DNA of 63,494 nt, counting the filler, from Gonapodya sp. JEL0774 (Eukaryota): assembly GCA_027604505.1 (NCBI GenBank). It is 17 parts of 17 records of this genome, joined end to end, with 100 filler letters (N's around TTAATTAATTAA, not from the genome) between each part and the next. Parts side by side here need not be neighbours in the genome. Positions count along the whole stretch, not along the records: positions 1 to 3,659 come from JADIIX010001196.1; positions 3,760 to 7,413 come from JADIIX010001197.1; positions 7,514 to 11,166 come from JADIIX010001198.1; 14 more parts are not named here. One strand, given 5' to 3'. Both the position numbers and the translations under genes were made by a program. Of the stretch, positions 1-10,136 are shown in pieces. Numbering within the stretch: position 1 is the first letter of the stretch; each line of letters begins with the position of its first letter. Under the pieces are notes generated by a model, which saw nothing but the letters and a program-made list of their open reading frames with translations, made no database searches and was not told the origin of the DNA.

Positions 1-71
1 CTTCATTGAAATCGAGACCAAAATTTTCATATTAAACGGAGACAAGCGACCACCCACCACTTGTTGTTTGA

Positions 72-1290
72 GCTCGGGCGTTCCCATCCATTGGGGAAGC
101 TTCTCACTGCGTAGAGTATCATCAAGAATGGATCGTGTGCCAAGGTCCTTTCCAGATTGCGCCCGGCTGATGTGAGTGCTGATGAGTTCATCGATCACTG
201 CGTACTCTGCGTCAAACCGATCCTTGAGGCCTGTAACCCAGATGGTAGCAGAAAGATTGTCAAAGCTATGTGAATGACGTTATGAGAAGAGCTGGCGCCT
301 GCACGGACCAGGGAAGAGTTTGTCACGCAACCAGTCAGAAAACGGACTCGCTCCGAGTAAAAGCGATAGTGCCAATCTGAGAGCCGCAGTCCCTAGACCT
401 TTGTCCCAAGCGCTAATGTAGCGACGGTCTCGGGTTTTGAGGCTGTCGACTGATGCACCAAAAACCAGTCTGGTGTGTTGTTGCTTTAGATCAATGCCAG
501 ACACAAAGAACAAGCCGTCATGTAATTTAATCGAACCTGCCAATAACATCGAAAGTGTACAGATTGTAAATGGTTTGAATGTCAAACCCCTCAGGATTTG
601 CGTCGTTCTCCTTTGCGAGTTCGTCGAGTAGGACGGCAATATTCTCGTGAATGATAGGCACATATTGTCGTATGGATGCGGTAGAAAACGTTTTGGAGAA
701 GAGTTCTCGCGCTTCACTGTAGTATGGAGATCATGTGTCGTGCCGTGTCGTTTGAAGGTATCAGCTGCCAAGGAAGGTACAAAACGTACCGCCAGTGTTT
801 TCCATTAGACATATGGATCAGTCCACCACTGATGGGAACGAATGGCTCAATCAATGGGTGGTAGCGGGTGTACCTTTCCCATTCCTTGCCGACAAAGATA
901 GCCCGCAAAAGGTCCGAGTTCGTGATGGAAACCATACGCTGAAAAGGGTTAGACACCATTATTAGGCGAATGACAGAGCCGTGCCTGGAGGGGTATTTGA
1001 AGAGCAAAGTCAGATCCAACCCTTCCCGGTGAGTGACAGTTCGACTCATGAGCATACTGGCGGTGGCGTTCAACGTTATAAATGTCACCCTTCAAATGAA
1101 GACGAGACGAGATTCTCTGTTCACTGTATTCAAGGTACGAGAACTTTGTGACAATTTTTTCATACCTCGACCATTCGGGAGAGAGGTGGGCTACGAGAAT
1201 CGATTTTCCAGCATCACAAAACCACCAAGATCATCAACCAAAACCACGCATGAACCCTACTTGTTCACAAAGGGAATCGCAATCATGGTA
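72..1290 (-). CDS. Cytochrome P450, multi-exon, 3' part runs off the window start
   Basis: Exons read HGSVIRLIMVSNPFQRMVSITNSDLLRAIF...GGLIHMSNGKHWR (B-C region), RLVFGASVDSL (E helix) and LKDRFDAEYAVIDELI...ILDDTL...ELKQQV (G-H helices), separated by GT-AG introns. The heme motif is outside the window; the start is approximate. Confidence 0.7.
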
Positions 1291-2601
1291 TAAACGCCCT
1301 TGTCACCTGCAGCATGGTGTGACCATTATGGTGGAGGGTTGGAAAGTAGAACAAGTTGAAACAAGTATGTTGAGCATATGGAAGGTGGATAGAGGTTACG
1401 GCTAGCAGTTAATCACCCTTGAATGTCATGAAAGCAAGCTTATAGAGCTGAGTTTGGGGAGAGGGAGCGCTTCATTGCGAAGTGGACGCCGGTATTCTCA
1501 ACCTGGTTTCACCCACTTCCACGACGAGATAGACGAGTGCTATCCCGACAATCCACGTAAAGATAGCCATAGCGCCGGCTAGTTTTTGGTGATAGAGCTG
1601 CAATTTGTCTGCGCGCACTTGGACTGATAGATAATCGGCTCCGCGCCAACCGAAACGCGGTGGCCCAAGCGTGTAGCTTGTTTGGTTAGCAGGGATTTCT
1701 TCCGCGATACTGCAGTCATACTCAGAAAAGAAGCCGAAGTATTCAAAACGACTGTTTTTCTAGTGTGTAGCTGCATAAATTTTGGATATCTGGGATATAA
1801 AATTGACTAGAGAGAACGAAAATATTGAGCAGGCGGCTGGCTCGATGCTTTTGAACTAGTCAATTGTAGCTCTTTGAGGAGATCCGGCTTAGCGATGACG
1901 GATTGTCAAGACGTCCCCAAATGTTGTTGGTTCACTGCGTGTAGAAAATTATTTGTGACATGGTGGCGAAGGGGCGCTGGCTCACAACGCATTGGAACCA
2001 ATCCTGGAATCCCCGCGCTTGCTATTATTACCTCAAGTAGGCATCGCCACGGATCACGTTCTTCCTGAAGGGTGAATGTCGGCGCGTTGCAGACACGTCA
2101 CGGATATTCCAAAACACAAAAGAAAACAGGTTATGGACGGGACCCGACCCGGTGGTGAAACGGATACTGGACAAATGTATTTGGACAGTGCTCGGAAAGT
2201 TTTGCCGCCTGTTTATTTCTGACCGTAGTCACGTCCGCGTGACGATGTCTACAACGCGTGGATTCATGGCGGATCTGGCGGGGATGTCGAAAGCAGGAGG
2301 GCAGGAGAGCACAAAGCCTTGGAGCGATTGCTAAGATGAATTATCATCCGGTCATCCAAATGGCGAATCACTCTTTAGGGTTGGGGCCACCTCTTGGACA
2401 ACCACCAATACATTTTGAAGTGTGGAAACCATGGTCATTTCGCTGCTCCCCAAACGTGGTCGTGGGCAGTGATTCCTACACCTACACTGATTCTAAGTGT
2501 CCTGATACCTTGTTATCTCTTCCCAGAAATCTTCCTTCCTTTCCCGGTGAATAGGCGACAAGTCACGACCCCAACAAACCGGCGGTCACCCATCACTTCG
2601 A

Positions 2602-3659
2602 ATGGATTTAACCTTCCCACTCGATGAAGACTTTGGAGATCGCACTGCAGGATCCCAGAAACGGCGGTCGGTGATGGATTATCGCACTGTTTCGACGTTC
2701 TCTCAGGGTGCACGTACTGACGAGGATGTCCCCCTGGAGATTGACGAGGATGAGCTGGACGCGTTGAAAACTTCCCGCATCTCTGTCCCAGATTATGAAT
2801 CACAAGTTGCCTTCAGTGGGGGAAGGTCTCCCTATCAGCCAAGTGCACCACCGCCATTCGACATGTCGGGGATGACCTCCACTTTCCTGTTGGACTTTGC
2901 TCTGCCAGATACATCTTCCAGTGGAAGAGACCAACACTCGCACGACTCTCAAACATCGGACAGGACAATGGTTGCCGGTAAACCTGAGACAACAGACTCG
3001 TACAATCCTTTCTTTGGAGGTTTTACAGTTCCTCTGAAACCTCCTGCGCTCCCAACGCAGCAAGTTCCCGAGCCCGGCCCTGGCGGTCGTCGCGAGAGCC
3101 TCGGTCGAGTGCCGTCTAGTGAAGCTAGTGGAATTGCGGCGGAAACGATTCCTTCAATCGCTGCGCAACTGTCCACATCACACTCGAGCACCAAATCCGA
3201 ACCCATCAGTATTCCCTTACACAGTACCAACAGTCCTACACATTCTGTTCATAGCGATGTCCAATCGCCTTCCAACACCTTCTCCGACACCCCTGATCCT
3301 GTCCAACGGACAACCACCCCGGGTGGAGCCTCTACGTACACCGTGTCCTCCAACTCTGACGCACTTCATTTCTCTCGCTCTCATGCCGGCACGGGATTTC
3401 ACGCCCATTCTATCCGGGCTCCGTCTCCTCACGCCGGAGTGACCCCGCCACTCACTCCCACCCGGTTCCTCCCGCAGACCCAAGGATTGGTCACCACCGA
3501 CGCGAATGGGCTCATTCGAACAGCCAACGAAATTCTGTGCCGCGCCTTTGGCTTTGCATCAGATGATGTGGTCGGCCGCTCGGCCTTTACTCTCCTCGGG
3601 GAACCTTACCGGGAGAAACAGGAGCGCTTTCTGCAGGCTCGCAAGAGCGTGTCTTCGGG
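2602..3659 (+). CDS. PAS-domain protein, N-terminal part (PAS kinase- or sensor-like), truncated at contig end
   Basis: Long Ser/Pro-rich ORF ending in GLVTTDANGLIRTANEILCRAFGFASDDVVGRSAFTLL, a typical PAS N-terminal half. Confidence 0.7.
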
Positions 3660-3759
3660 NNNNNNNNNNNNNNNNNNNNNNNNNNNNNNNNNNNNNNNNN
3701 NNNTTAATTAATTAANNNNNNNNNNNNNNNNNNNNNNNNNNNNNNNNNNNNNNNNNNNN
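3660..3759. other. Artificial contig spacer N44-TTAATTAATTAA-N44 (first of 16). The others start at 7414, 11167, 14918, 18667, 22413, 26156, 29899, 33641, 37381, 41120, 44853, 48585, 52315, 56043 and 59770
   Basis: Identical 100-bp linker with stops in all six frames. Intervening contig lengths never increase (3659, 3654, 3653, 3651 ... 3625). Confidence 0.98.
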
Positions 3760-4031
3760 GTGTTGGGAGCTTCCATCTCCTTGTCCTCGAGTAAGCGTTG
3801 CCACCCGTCGACATCGTCAATATCGAGGACGATAATCCCGGATGCGGAGCCTGTTTGAATGGCAATGGCTGTCCGCGGAGGCAGTGCCTTGGCTGATTGG
3901 ATGTTCAAACGCTGCCATCCTTTTGGAGTTTGCAGCTCCTTCTTTCCGCGCTCTGCATTCCATCTGAGAGAGAAAGGGAAGGCAATCCATCCTATCTCCC
4001 AGTAGTTGGCGAGTTGTTCCTGGATTGTCAT
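3760..4031 (-). CDS. Bifunctional DNA primase/polymerase (Prim-Pol) N-terminal domain, truncated at contig edge
   Basis: YWEIGWIAFP...PKGWQ...AIAIQTGSASGIIVLDID fits the Prim-Pol (AEP superfamily) pattern: GW.hhP, GW, hxTG..SGhhVLDxD catalytic motif. No introns. Confidence 0.8.
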
Positions 4032-4096
4032 GTTGTTGTACAGATGAAGAGAAAATAAGGAATTCGGGAACGTGATATAAATCGATCTTTTCGTCT

Positions 4097-4510
4097 CATC
4101 CCATCCTCATCCCTCATCCTGAAAGAGATTTCGAAAAGTTTCAGAATCTCTGATCCTATCCTCATCCCATCCCATCCCGGATTGGTTTTCGAAAAGTTTC
4201 AGAATCTCTGAACCTATCCTCATCCCTTATCCCCATCCCGTATTGGTTTTCGAAAAGTTTCAGAATCTCTGATCCCATCCTCATCCCTTATCCCCATCCC
4301 GTATTGGTTTTCGAAAAGTTTCAGAATCTCTGATCCTATCCTCATCCCATCCCATCCCGGATTGGTTTTCGAAAAGTTTTAGAATCTCAATCCCATCCTC
4401 ATCCCATCCCATCCCGTGTGAGTTTTCGAACAGTTTCAAAATCTCTTATCCCATCCTCATCCCAACCCATCCCGTGTGAGATTTTCAGAATCTCTGATCC
4501 CATCCCCATC
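4097..4510. repeat. Tandem array of ~7 units of 57-61 bp, with a TTTTCGAAAA palindrome and a (C)ATCC-rich tract
   Basis: The central C of the TTCGAA core falls at 4132, 4190, 4251, 4312, 4370 and 4427 (periods 58/61/61/58/57). The palindrome is perfect in four units and has one mismatch in two. Consensus is TTTTCGAAAAGTTTCAGAATCTCTGATCCYATCCTCATCCC...ATCCCGKATTGG, with degenerate units at both ends. Confidence 0.95.
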
Positions 4511-4575
4511 TTTCGCCAACAATTGAATGTGGATGAAGGGTGTCACTTTTTTCATCTGAGTGGTGAGTGCGTCCA

Positions 4576-5403
4576 ATGGCCCGTGTGTACTTGTTGGTTC
4601 TCAGCCTCGTTGGATGTATGTGTGTTATTTCAACAATCGGTGTCTTCTTTGTACTGTATCTGCAGGTCAGTAATAGCAGATCATCTGAGTCGACACCACC
4701 AACTTCACCTTCAGAAGTCATCGTATCTGAAAGCATAGCTTCCATTCTCATTCCGTTGTACAGTTACCCAGGCTCGGTCTGGGACGCAGTTATAGCAGCC
4801 GCAGAGAAATATCCAAATGTGAAAATCGTGTGCATCGTCAACCCGTCGTCTGGACCTGGACAGTCAATTGACGCCAATTACGTTCGGTACATAGCACTCC
4901 TTCGGAAAGCTCGAGTTACAGTAATGGGTTACGTCGCAACGTCATACGGCGGACAGCCTGTATCGATTGTCAGCAATGTTATTGCTACTTGGAACAAGTT
5001 TTATACCATCGATGGAATCTTTTTCGACGAAATGTCGAGTGTTTCCGGCCATGAGCAGTATTATAAAGACTTATCGGCGTACACACGAAAACTCGGATAT
5101 TCAATTACCATTGGTAATCCGGGAACAACGCCTTCGCAGTCTTACGTCGATTCCGTTGACGTGATCGTCACATACGAAAGCGCAGGTGTTCCTTCCACCA
5201 GTCTGTTCTCAGATTGGAAAAAGTCATATCCCAACACAAAGTTCGCAGTATTGGCGTATGACATAAAGTCATTACAGCAAACTGATATCAGCGAGATAGC
5301 AAAACACGCTCGATATTTCTACTTCACGTCAGATTCATTACCCAACCCGTGGGACTCGATCCCTACTTACCTGCAGAAGATGGTCTCGAGTGTAACAGCG
5401 TGA
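4576..5403 (+). CDS. Spherulin-4/Sph3-like glycoside hydrolase (GH135) with N-terminal membrane anchor
   Basis: Motifs ILIPLYSYP, IVNPSSGPG, VMGYVATSY, IDGIFFDE, IGNPG, VTYE and NPW..P.Y. Hydrophobic N-terminal segment VYLLVLSLVGCMCVISTIGVFFVLYL. Intronless. Confidence 0.88.
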   Translation: MARVYLLVLSLVGCMCVISTIGVFFVLYLQVSNSRSSESTPPTSPSEVIVSESIASILIPLYSYPGSVWDAVIAAAEKYPNVKIVCIVNPSSGPGQSIDANYVRYIALLRKARVTVMGYVATSYGGQPVSIVSNVIATWNKFYTIDGIFFDEMSSVSGHEQYYKDLSAYTRKLGYSITIGNPGTTPSQSYVDSVDVIVTYESAGVPSTSLFSDWKKSYPNTKFAVLAYDIKSLQQTDISEIAKHARYFYFTSDSLPNPWDSIPTYLQKMVSSVTA

Positions 5404-5443
5404 TTGTTGATTTTGTGATATCTGTACCGTAAGGGAAACAAGC

Positions 5444-6259
5444 ATGGACACCAAACGATTGCGATTGCCACCGGAGGTATGGATGAATGTAGGTGTTGCG
5501 CTCCCTGATGTCAACACTGACACGCGTATAGCGGCAATACGTGGGCAGACTACAGAAAAAAAGAAAAGAGACATACTCAATTTCATTCGGACCAAACCTG
5601 ATCTTCTGTGGTGCTATGTGGAAGGTCTTGATCCTTCCAAATATTACTGCGCGCTTTCATGTCGCCCTTTTCTCTATGTTGCCTTTCGCAACGAAGAGTC
5701 TTATAAAAAGGTTATGAGTGATGTCCGAAATCAAATCGAAAGTGATGGTAAAGATGTGGCGTCCAAAATTTACAACTTGATCTTTCACTCAGACATACAT
5801 GCTTTTCTCCGATCGCTCAAAAGGCTTTCAAAAAACCCCACTCTGGAGTGGCCATACAAGTATGCAGTACATGTCCCTGAATATGGCTATACTGTATTCA
5901 CAGTTGCAGACCTTGTGGAAGTCATCAATAAAGTATTGGTCGTGTTCACGTCGAACTTTGGAGAGGCGTACATGCGGATCCTTGAGAAAGAGTACTACGA
6001 AGACATGCTGACTAAGGGATATTTCGATATATGTACGCAATACTACTCCAATGAACTATTTTTGAAATTGACCCTGATAATTGCTTCAACCGATAACAAT
6101 TTTTGGTCATTATCAGGTAGCGAGCAATTTATGAATGACTTTCTTCATGATGGCGATCCACATATGATAAATCGTTTTGTGAAAAATTTCAAAAGACATC
6201 ATCCGGAATTGACTCATTCTAAATTTATGAGCGTTGTGCGACGTAGCTCACGAGAGTAA
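5444..6259 (+). CDS. Hypothetical protein, 271 aa, possible F-box-like N-terminus
   Basis: Intronless ATG-to-stop ORF starting 40 bp after the GH135 stop. LPPEVWMNV is F-box-like. It overlaps the convergent ORF by 12 bp. Confidence 0.7.
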   Translation: MDTKRLRLPPEVWMNVGVALPDVNTDTRIAAIRGQTTEKKKRDILNFIRTKPDLLWCYVEGLDPSKYYCALSCRPFLYVAFRNEESYKKVMSDVRNQIESDGKDVASKIYNLIFHSDIHAFLRSLKRLSKNPTLEWPYKYAVHVPEYGYTVFTVADLVEVINKVLVVFTSNFGEAYMRILEKEYYEDMLTKGYFDICTQYYSNELFLKLTLIIASTDNNFWSLSGSEQFMNDFLHDGDPHMINRFVKNFKRHHPELTHSKFMSVVRRSSRE

Positions 6260-7413
6260 CAAGTCCAACACTTCCTTATCAAGTGTACATGTAGAGCTAT
6301 CGTGCATTCCAGGCACTGTAGTGAGCGTGTTTGCGAATGGCGGCTCAATGACAGTATATGATGCAAGAGCATGAGCATGCATGGACTCAAACTCACTTAA
6401 CAACGATTCGTGTACCTTCTCTCCAGGTCGAATACCGACCACGCGCACACTTTTACCTGTACGGCTGGAAAATAAGTCGAAGACATCCCTCATTTTCATA
6501 GCATTGAGATGAGGTACAACGATTTCCCCAGTGTCAGCTTTTGCAATGGCAAAATTTATGAGGCGAACGGCCTCTGTTTGCGTCATGATGAAACGTGTCA
6601 TATCGCTGTGCGTAAGCGTATACGATTCTACACTCTCGTCTTCGGACTGTCTCTGTAATATTTCGAGTATCGACCCTCGCGATCGAAGTACATTTCCATA
6701 CCGCACCCCGACGAAACGTGGACCACCCTCTTCCCGAGTCTTTGCGGCCGCTTCGACGATACTTCGTTCAGCAAGTGCCTTTGAGAGTCCGTATGTGTTC
6801 ATAGGTAGACATGCTTTATCTGTCGATATGAGTAATACACATTCGACGTTTGGGTGTCCTCTCACTGCGCAAATGACATTTCGCACGCCGCGGTAATTTG
6901 TCGCAAGGGCCTCCTCTACATCGAACTCGCATCGGTCGATATGTTTTAGTGCAGCTGCAATGATTATTATATGTGGCCGTGCGCGACGAATCAGTTCTTC
7001 CATCCGCTCTCGATCTCGGATATCCCCAAGATAAAAGTCAATGTTCGGATATTGTGCCTTCATTGTCCATTGCTTGTTTTCGTCTCGAGAGATTATACTT
7101 ACGGAGTTGGTTTTGCTGTAGAGACTTGCCAAGCAATGACCGAGAGATCCTGTTCCACCAACAATGAGAATGCGTTTCTCCTTGAGAGCGCTGGCATAAG
7201 CAGATACATCCACCACTCCAAACCTGTACTGCCAGCCTGAAAACTCAGCTAACCGAGAGTGAAACCACGATTTCCACGTTGGCGCCGGCATTGGCGATGA
7301 CCCAAGAGAGACTGCCAAGGTAGTCACCTCTGGCATATTGCGGACAATAAGCTGCTGGTCATAGTCTATAGTCCACTTTTCGTGATAATGGGTCTGTGAC
7401 AGCAGAGGAAGAT
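6248..7413 (-). CDS. UDP-N-acetylglucosamine 4,6-dehydratase (PseB/FlaA1/CapD-like extended SDR); frame stays open to the contig end
   Basis: Motifs ILIVGGTGSLG, SRDENKQ, GDIRD, AAALKH, TNxxG, ISTDKA, YGLSK, VRYGNVLRSRGS, MTRF and IRPGEKVHE. No in-frame stop between 7336 and 7413. Intronless. Confidence 0.92.
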
Positions 7414-7513
7414 NNNNNNNNNNNNNNNNNNNNNNNNNNNNNNNNNNNNNNNNNNNNTTAATTAATTAANNNNNNNNNNNNNNNNNNNNNNNNNNNNNNN
7501 NNNNNNNNNNNNN

Positions 7514-8169
7514 GCCGACGAGGAATTGGCAGACTTCGTTTGAGAAGTTATTGCAGTTGTTATCTGACACGAGAGCATTGTTAGAATAGAAAACACTTTC
7601 GCACATGGTACTGCAGCTCCTGACTTACCGAGCAAGTGATACTTGTCGGCGGTATAGATACTCCGCATCTCTTGAATGTACTCGTAGAAGACCTCCCTCG
7701 GTAGCTGCGTATCTCCCATATTAACAATCTCTATAGGTGTGCCGTGATGAGATTGCCCTGGGACAGTGGACTGGTATAGGTTCCGAACTGGATGAACGTA
7801 ACGGAAGGGACACTTGGAAGAACAGAGAAACGTCGAGCCAATACCATGATTCCCTGTCCGAAAAAGTACTCCCGGCCGAAAACGACAACGGATGTGTGGT
7901 AAATTGCGTCTGCAAGAACACGGTTGTCATGGGCGAAGACGCCGTCCTTATGCATCCAAGTTTGAGCTCGCAATCACTCACCGATTTGACGTCCAGTCAG
8001 CTGCATCGACATCATTCTAGCCATGCCCTAGAAGTGACGGAAGTCGAACCGTGAGTCTTGAGGCAAGCGAGTGGTTGGGCAAGAGGCCTCTCTCCAAACC
8101 TCTGACGGAATCCTTCACCTGGGACAAGTCATAGACGTAAAGCTTGACAGGGGATGATTGATCTGTCAT
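7514..8169 (-). CDS. PPPDE/DeSI-family deSUMOylating peptidase, multi-exon, 3'-truncated
   Basis: MTDQSSPVKLYVYDLSQG...AIYHTSVVVFGREYFFGQGI...YTADKYHLL, with GT-AG introns. Confidence 0.88.
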
Positions 8170-8402
8170 CGGAAGATCGCGTGAGAGCGATGAACTGGTT
8201 GTCGCGTCTTTTATTCTATGAATGTTACGACGGAAGAGCTTGCGTGTACATAGGAACCATTGCATCACATGAACTAAATCACAAAGTCAATGTCAGGCAA
8301 TAACTCAGTAGAAGGCATTATAGACCGCGCAGCATCTAAGTACGGACCAAACACTCATGGCAGAGAGTTGGTGGCCTTCCCAGAAAACACACACCTATTT
8401 TG

Positions 8403-9845
8403 CTATCGTGTCAACGCCTCCCCATCCTTGGACAGCAAGCTTACGCCCTCCACGAATCCTTTTGCTTCAACGCTCGGTCCTGGCCCGACCCGTGTATGAA
8501 TGATACGCCTCACGGCACCCACAGGAAGCGGGGATAGTCCCATTTTGTTCACCACATCGTTAACATCGGGAAGCGCTCCGCCAACAGCACTCTTTCCCAG
8601 CTCGCTAGACGACCAAAACTCCTCTGTCGTAACACCTTCGGGGGTAGGAACGAGGGAGTGAATCACGGCGGCGAGTTGAGGGATGTTCGAAGAGAGGGTG
8701 TATATGACCGCGTTTGGACCGGCATCAAACGTGTACGCGCAGCGATAACCTCGCTTCGAGGGCCCGTTAGCGTCCGTTGTGGCGGTTGTGGCTAGGAACA
8801 AGTCGTTGTATCGATGGACTAGCTGAACCGCGGCTCTTGAAGTGTCGTTCATGTAGAACACTGGAGGGAATGTGTCCATACAGGTGGCGTGAAACTGATT
8901 CGAGTCACGCATTGTCGTCTCAGCAAAAAGATCAAAGTCCCGATCCTTGATAGCCTTTTCCATGAGTCGCATCCGCAGAGGCACCGACTTTTCTACTCGG
9001 GCCGAGAACAATTCCGATGTTGCCACGGTAGCCTGCATGCCCTCGGTACTTCCGACATCCTTTTTCGCATCTGAAGCGACGAGAATGAGCGCTTCCATTT
9101 CGGGCCAGTGGCTTTCCTCAGCCACCTGCTCGGCCACTGAGTCCGTTCCATCATCCTTGTCACCAGCCCTCCACGCCACAAATCCTCCAAAAAGCGAGCG
9201 ACAGGCCGATCCAGAGCCGAGACGCGCGGCTCGGGAGAGGTCGGTAAGCGAAACCGGTAGGTCGTAGAGTTCTTTCAGGGCGAAGACAAGTGCCGCGTAC
9301 CCGGAGGCCGACGATGCGAGTCCCGCGGCAGTGGGGAAGTTGTTCTCAGATGCGATACGGATTGGGAGGTCTGCCATTTTTGTCAAATTCGAATCTTTAG
9401 CTTCCATATCCCTCCTCAACCTTCTCGCCTCTTCTACAGCGGCGGCGAATCGTTTGGCCTTCTTGACGTCCTCTTGCTTCCCGTTCAGCCAGAGAAGATC
9501 GGCACCCCCCGATCGGGCAGTAAAGAGCGCGGAGCATGCCGCTGTGGTGGTCGAGCGGAGATTGCCGAGGTGGAGGGTAACCGAGAGGGACGAGTTGGTG
9601 GGTAGGTTGAGAGGTACGTCTCGCTTGCCCTAGAAGAGTGATGGCGAAGAAAACAAGAGTAATTCACTTATTGAGCGTAGACTCCAAGAGAAGCGCGGCG
9701 AGATGCGAGCGCCCGTCTGGAAAATGGAAGTGAGAACTCAACTTACCCAATACTTGATCACGGCGATGTTTACAGGCGCGCAAACTGTCACCTGCGTTAC
9801 AGCATCGCTGGAGCTCACGGAAGTGGTGGGTACTTTGCTCTCCAT
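8403..9845 (-). CDS. MVD1: Diphosphomevalonate decarboxylase
   Basis: APVNIAVIKYW|GKRD...LPTNSSLSVTL, NNFPTAAGLASSASGYAA, GSGSACRS, DSNQFHA and YTFDAGPNA. One intron at about 9631-9746. Confidence 0.96.
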
Positions 9846-10136
9846 CAAGATGCGAGCGCAGTGGGAGTTGGTGTTTGAGAGAATTATGGAGGGACGCTTG
9901 GATCGGTACTCCGTGGCACTTCTTCACGTCGCCCAGCACCAAACTTACTTCTTTCGGGTTTCGACAATGTACCTACGAAACTGTCAGCTGGTCTGCCATT
10001 CATTCTTGCTTCCGAATCACATATAATTCTTGTCACAAATAGGGGACGTCATGATACTCTTGCATCCGTTTGATATTTATTATGATTTTCACATTCATAA
10101 TCATAAATTTTTGTACACCATACTGACTTAGTAATC

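Noticed and set aside
3704..3715. TTAATTAATTAA as a biological repeat or piggyBac-type target site
   Set aside because: It is always centred in exactly 44+44 Ns, so it is a synthetic six-frame stop linker.
4097..4510. CRISPR array
   Set aside because: The segments between the constant blocks are near-identical low-complexity ATCCC tracts, not unique spacers, and there are no cas genes.
4097..4510. Telomeric repeat
   Set aside because: The array is internal, flanked by genes on both sides, and built from ~60-bp complex units rather than a simple short telomere unit.
4519..4526. Mimivirus-like early promoter (AAAATTGA) upstream of GH135
   Set aside because: Only a mismatched single instance (ACAATTGA at about this position), which is expected by chance.
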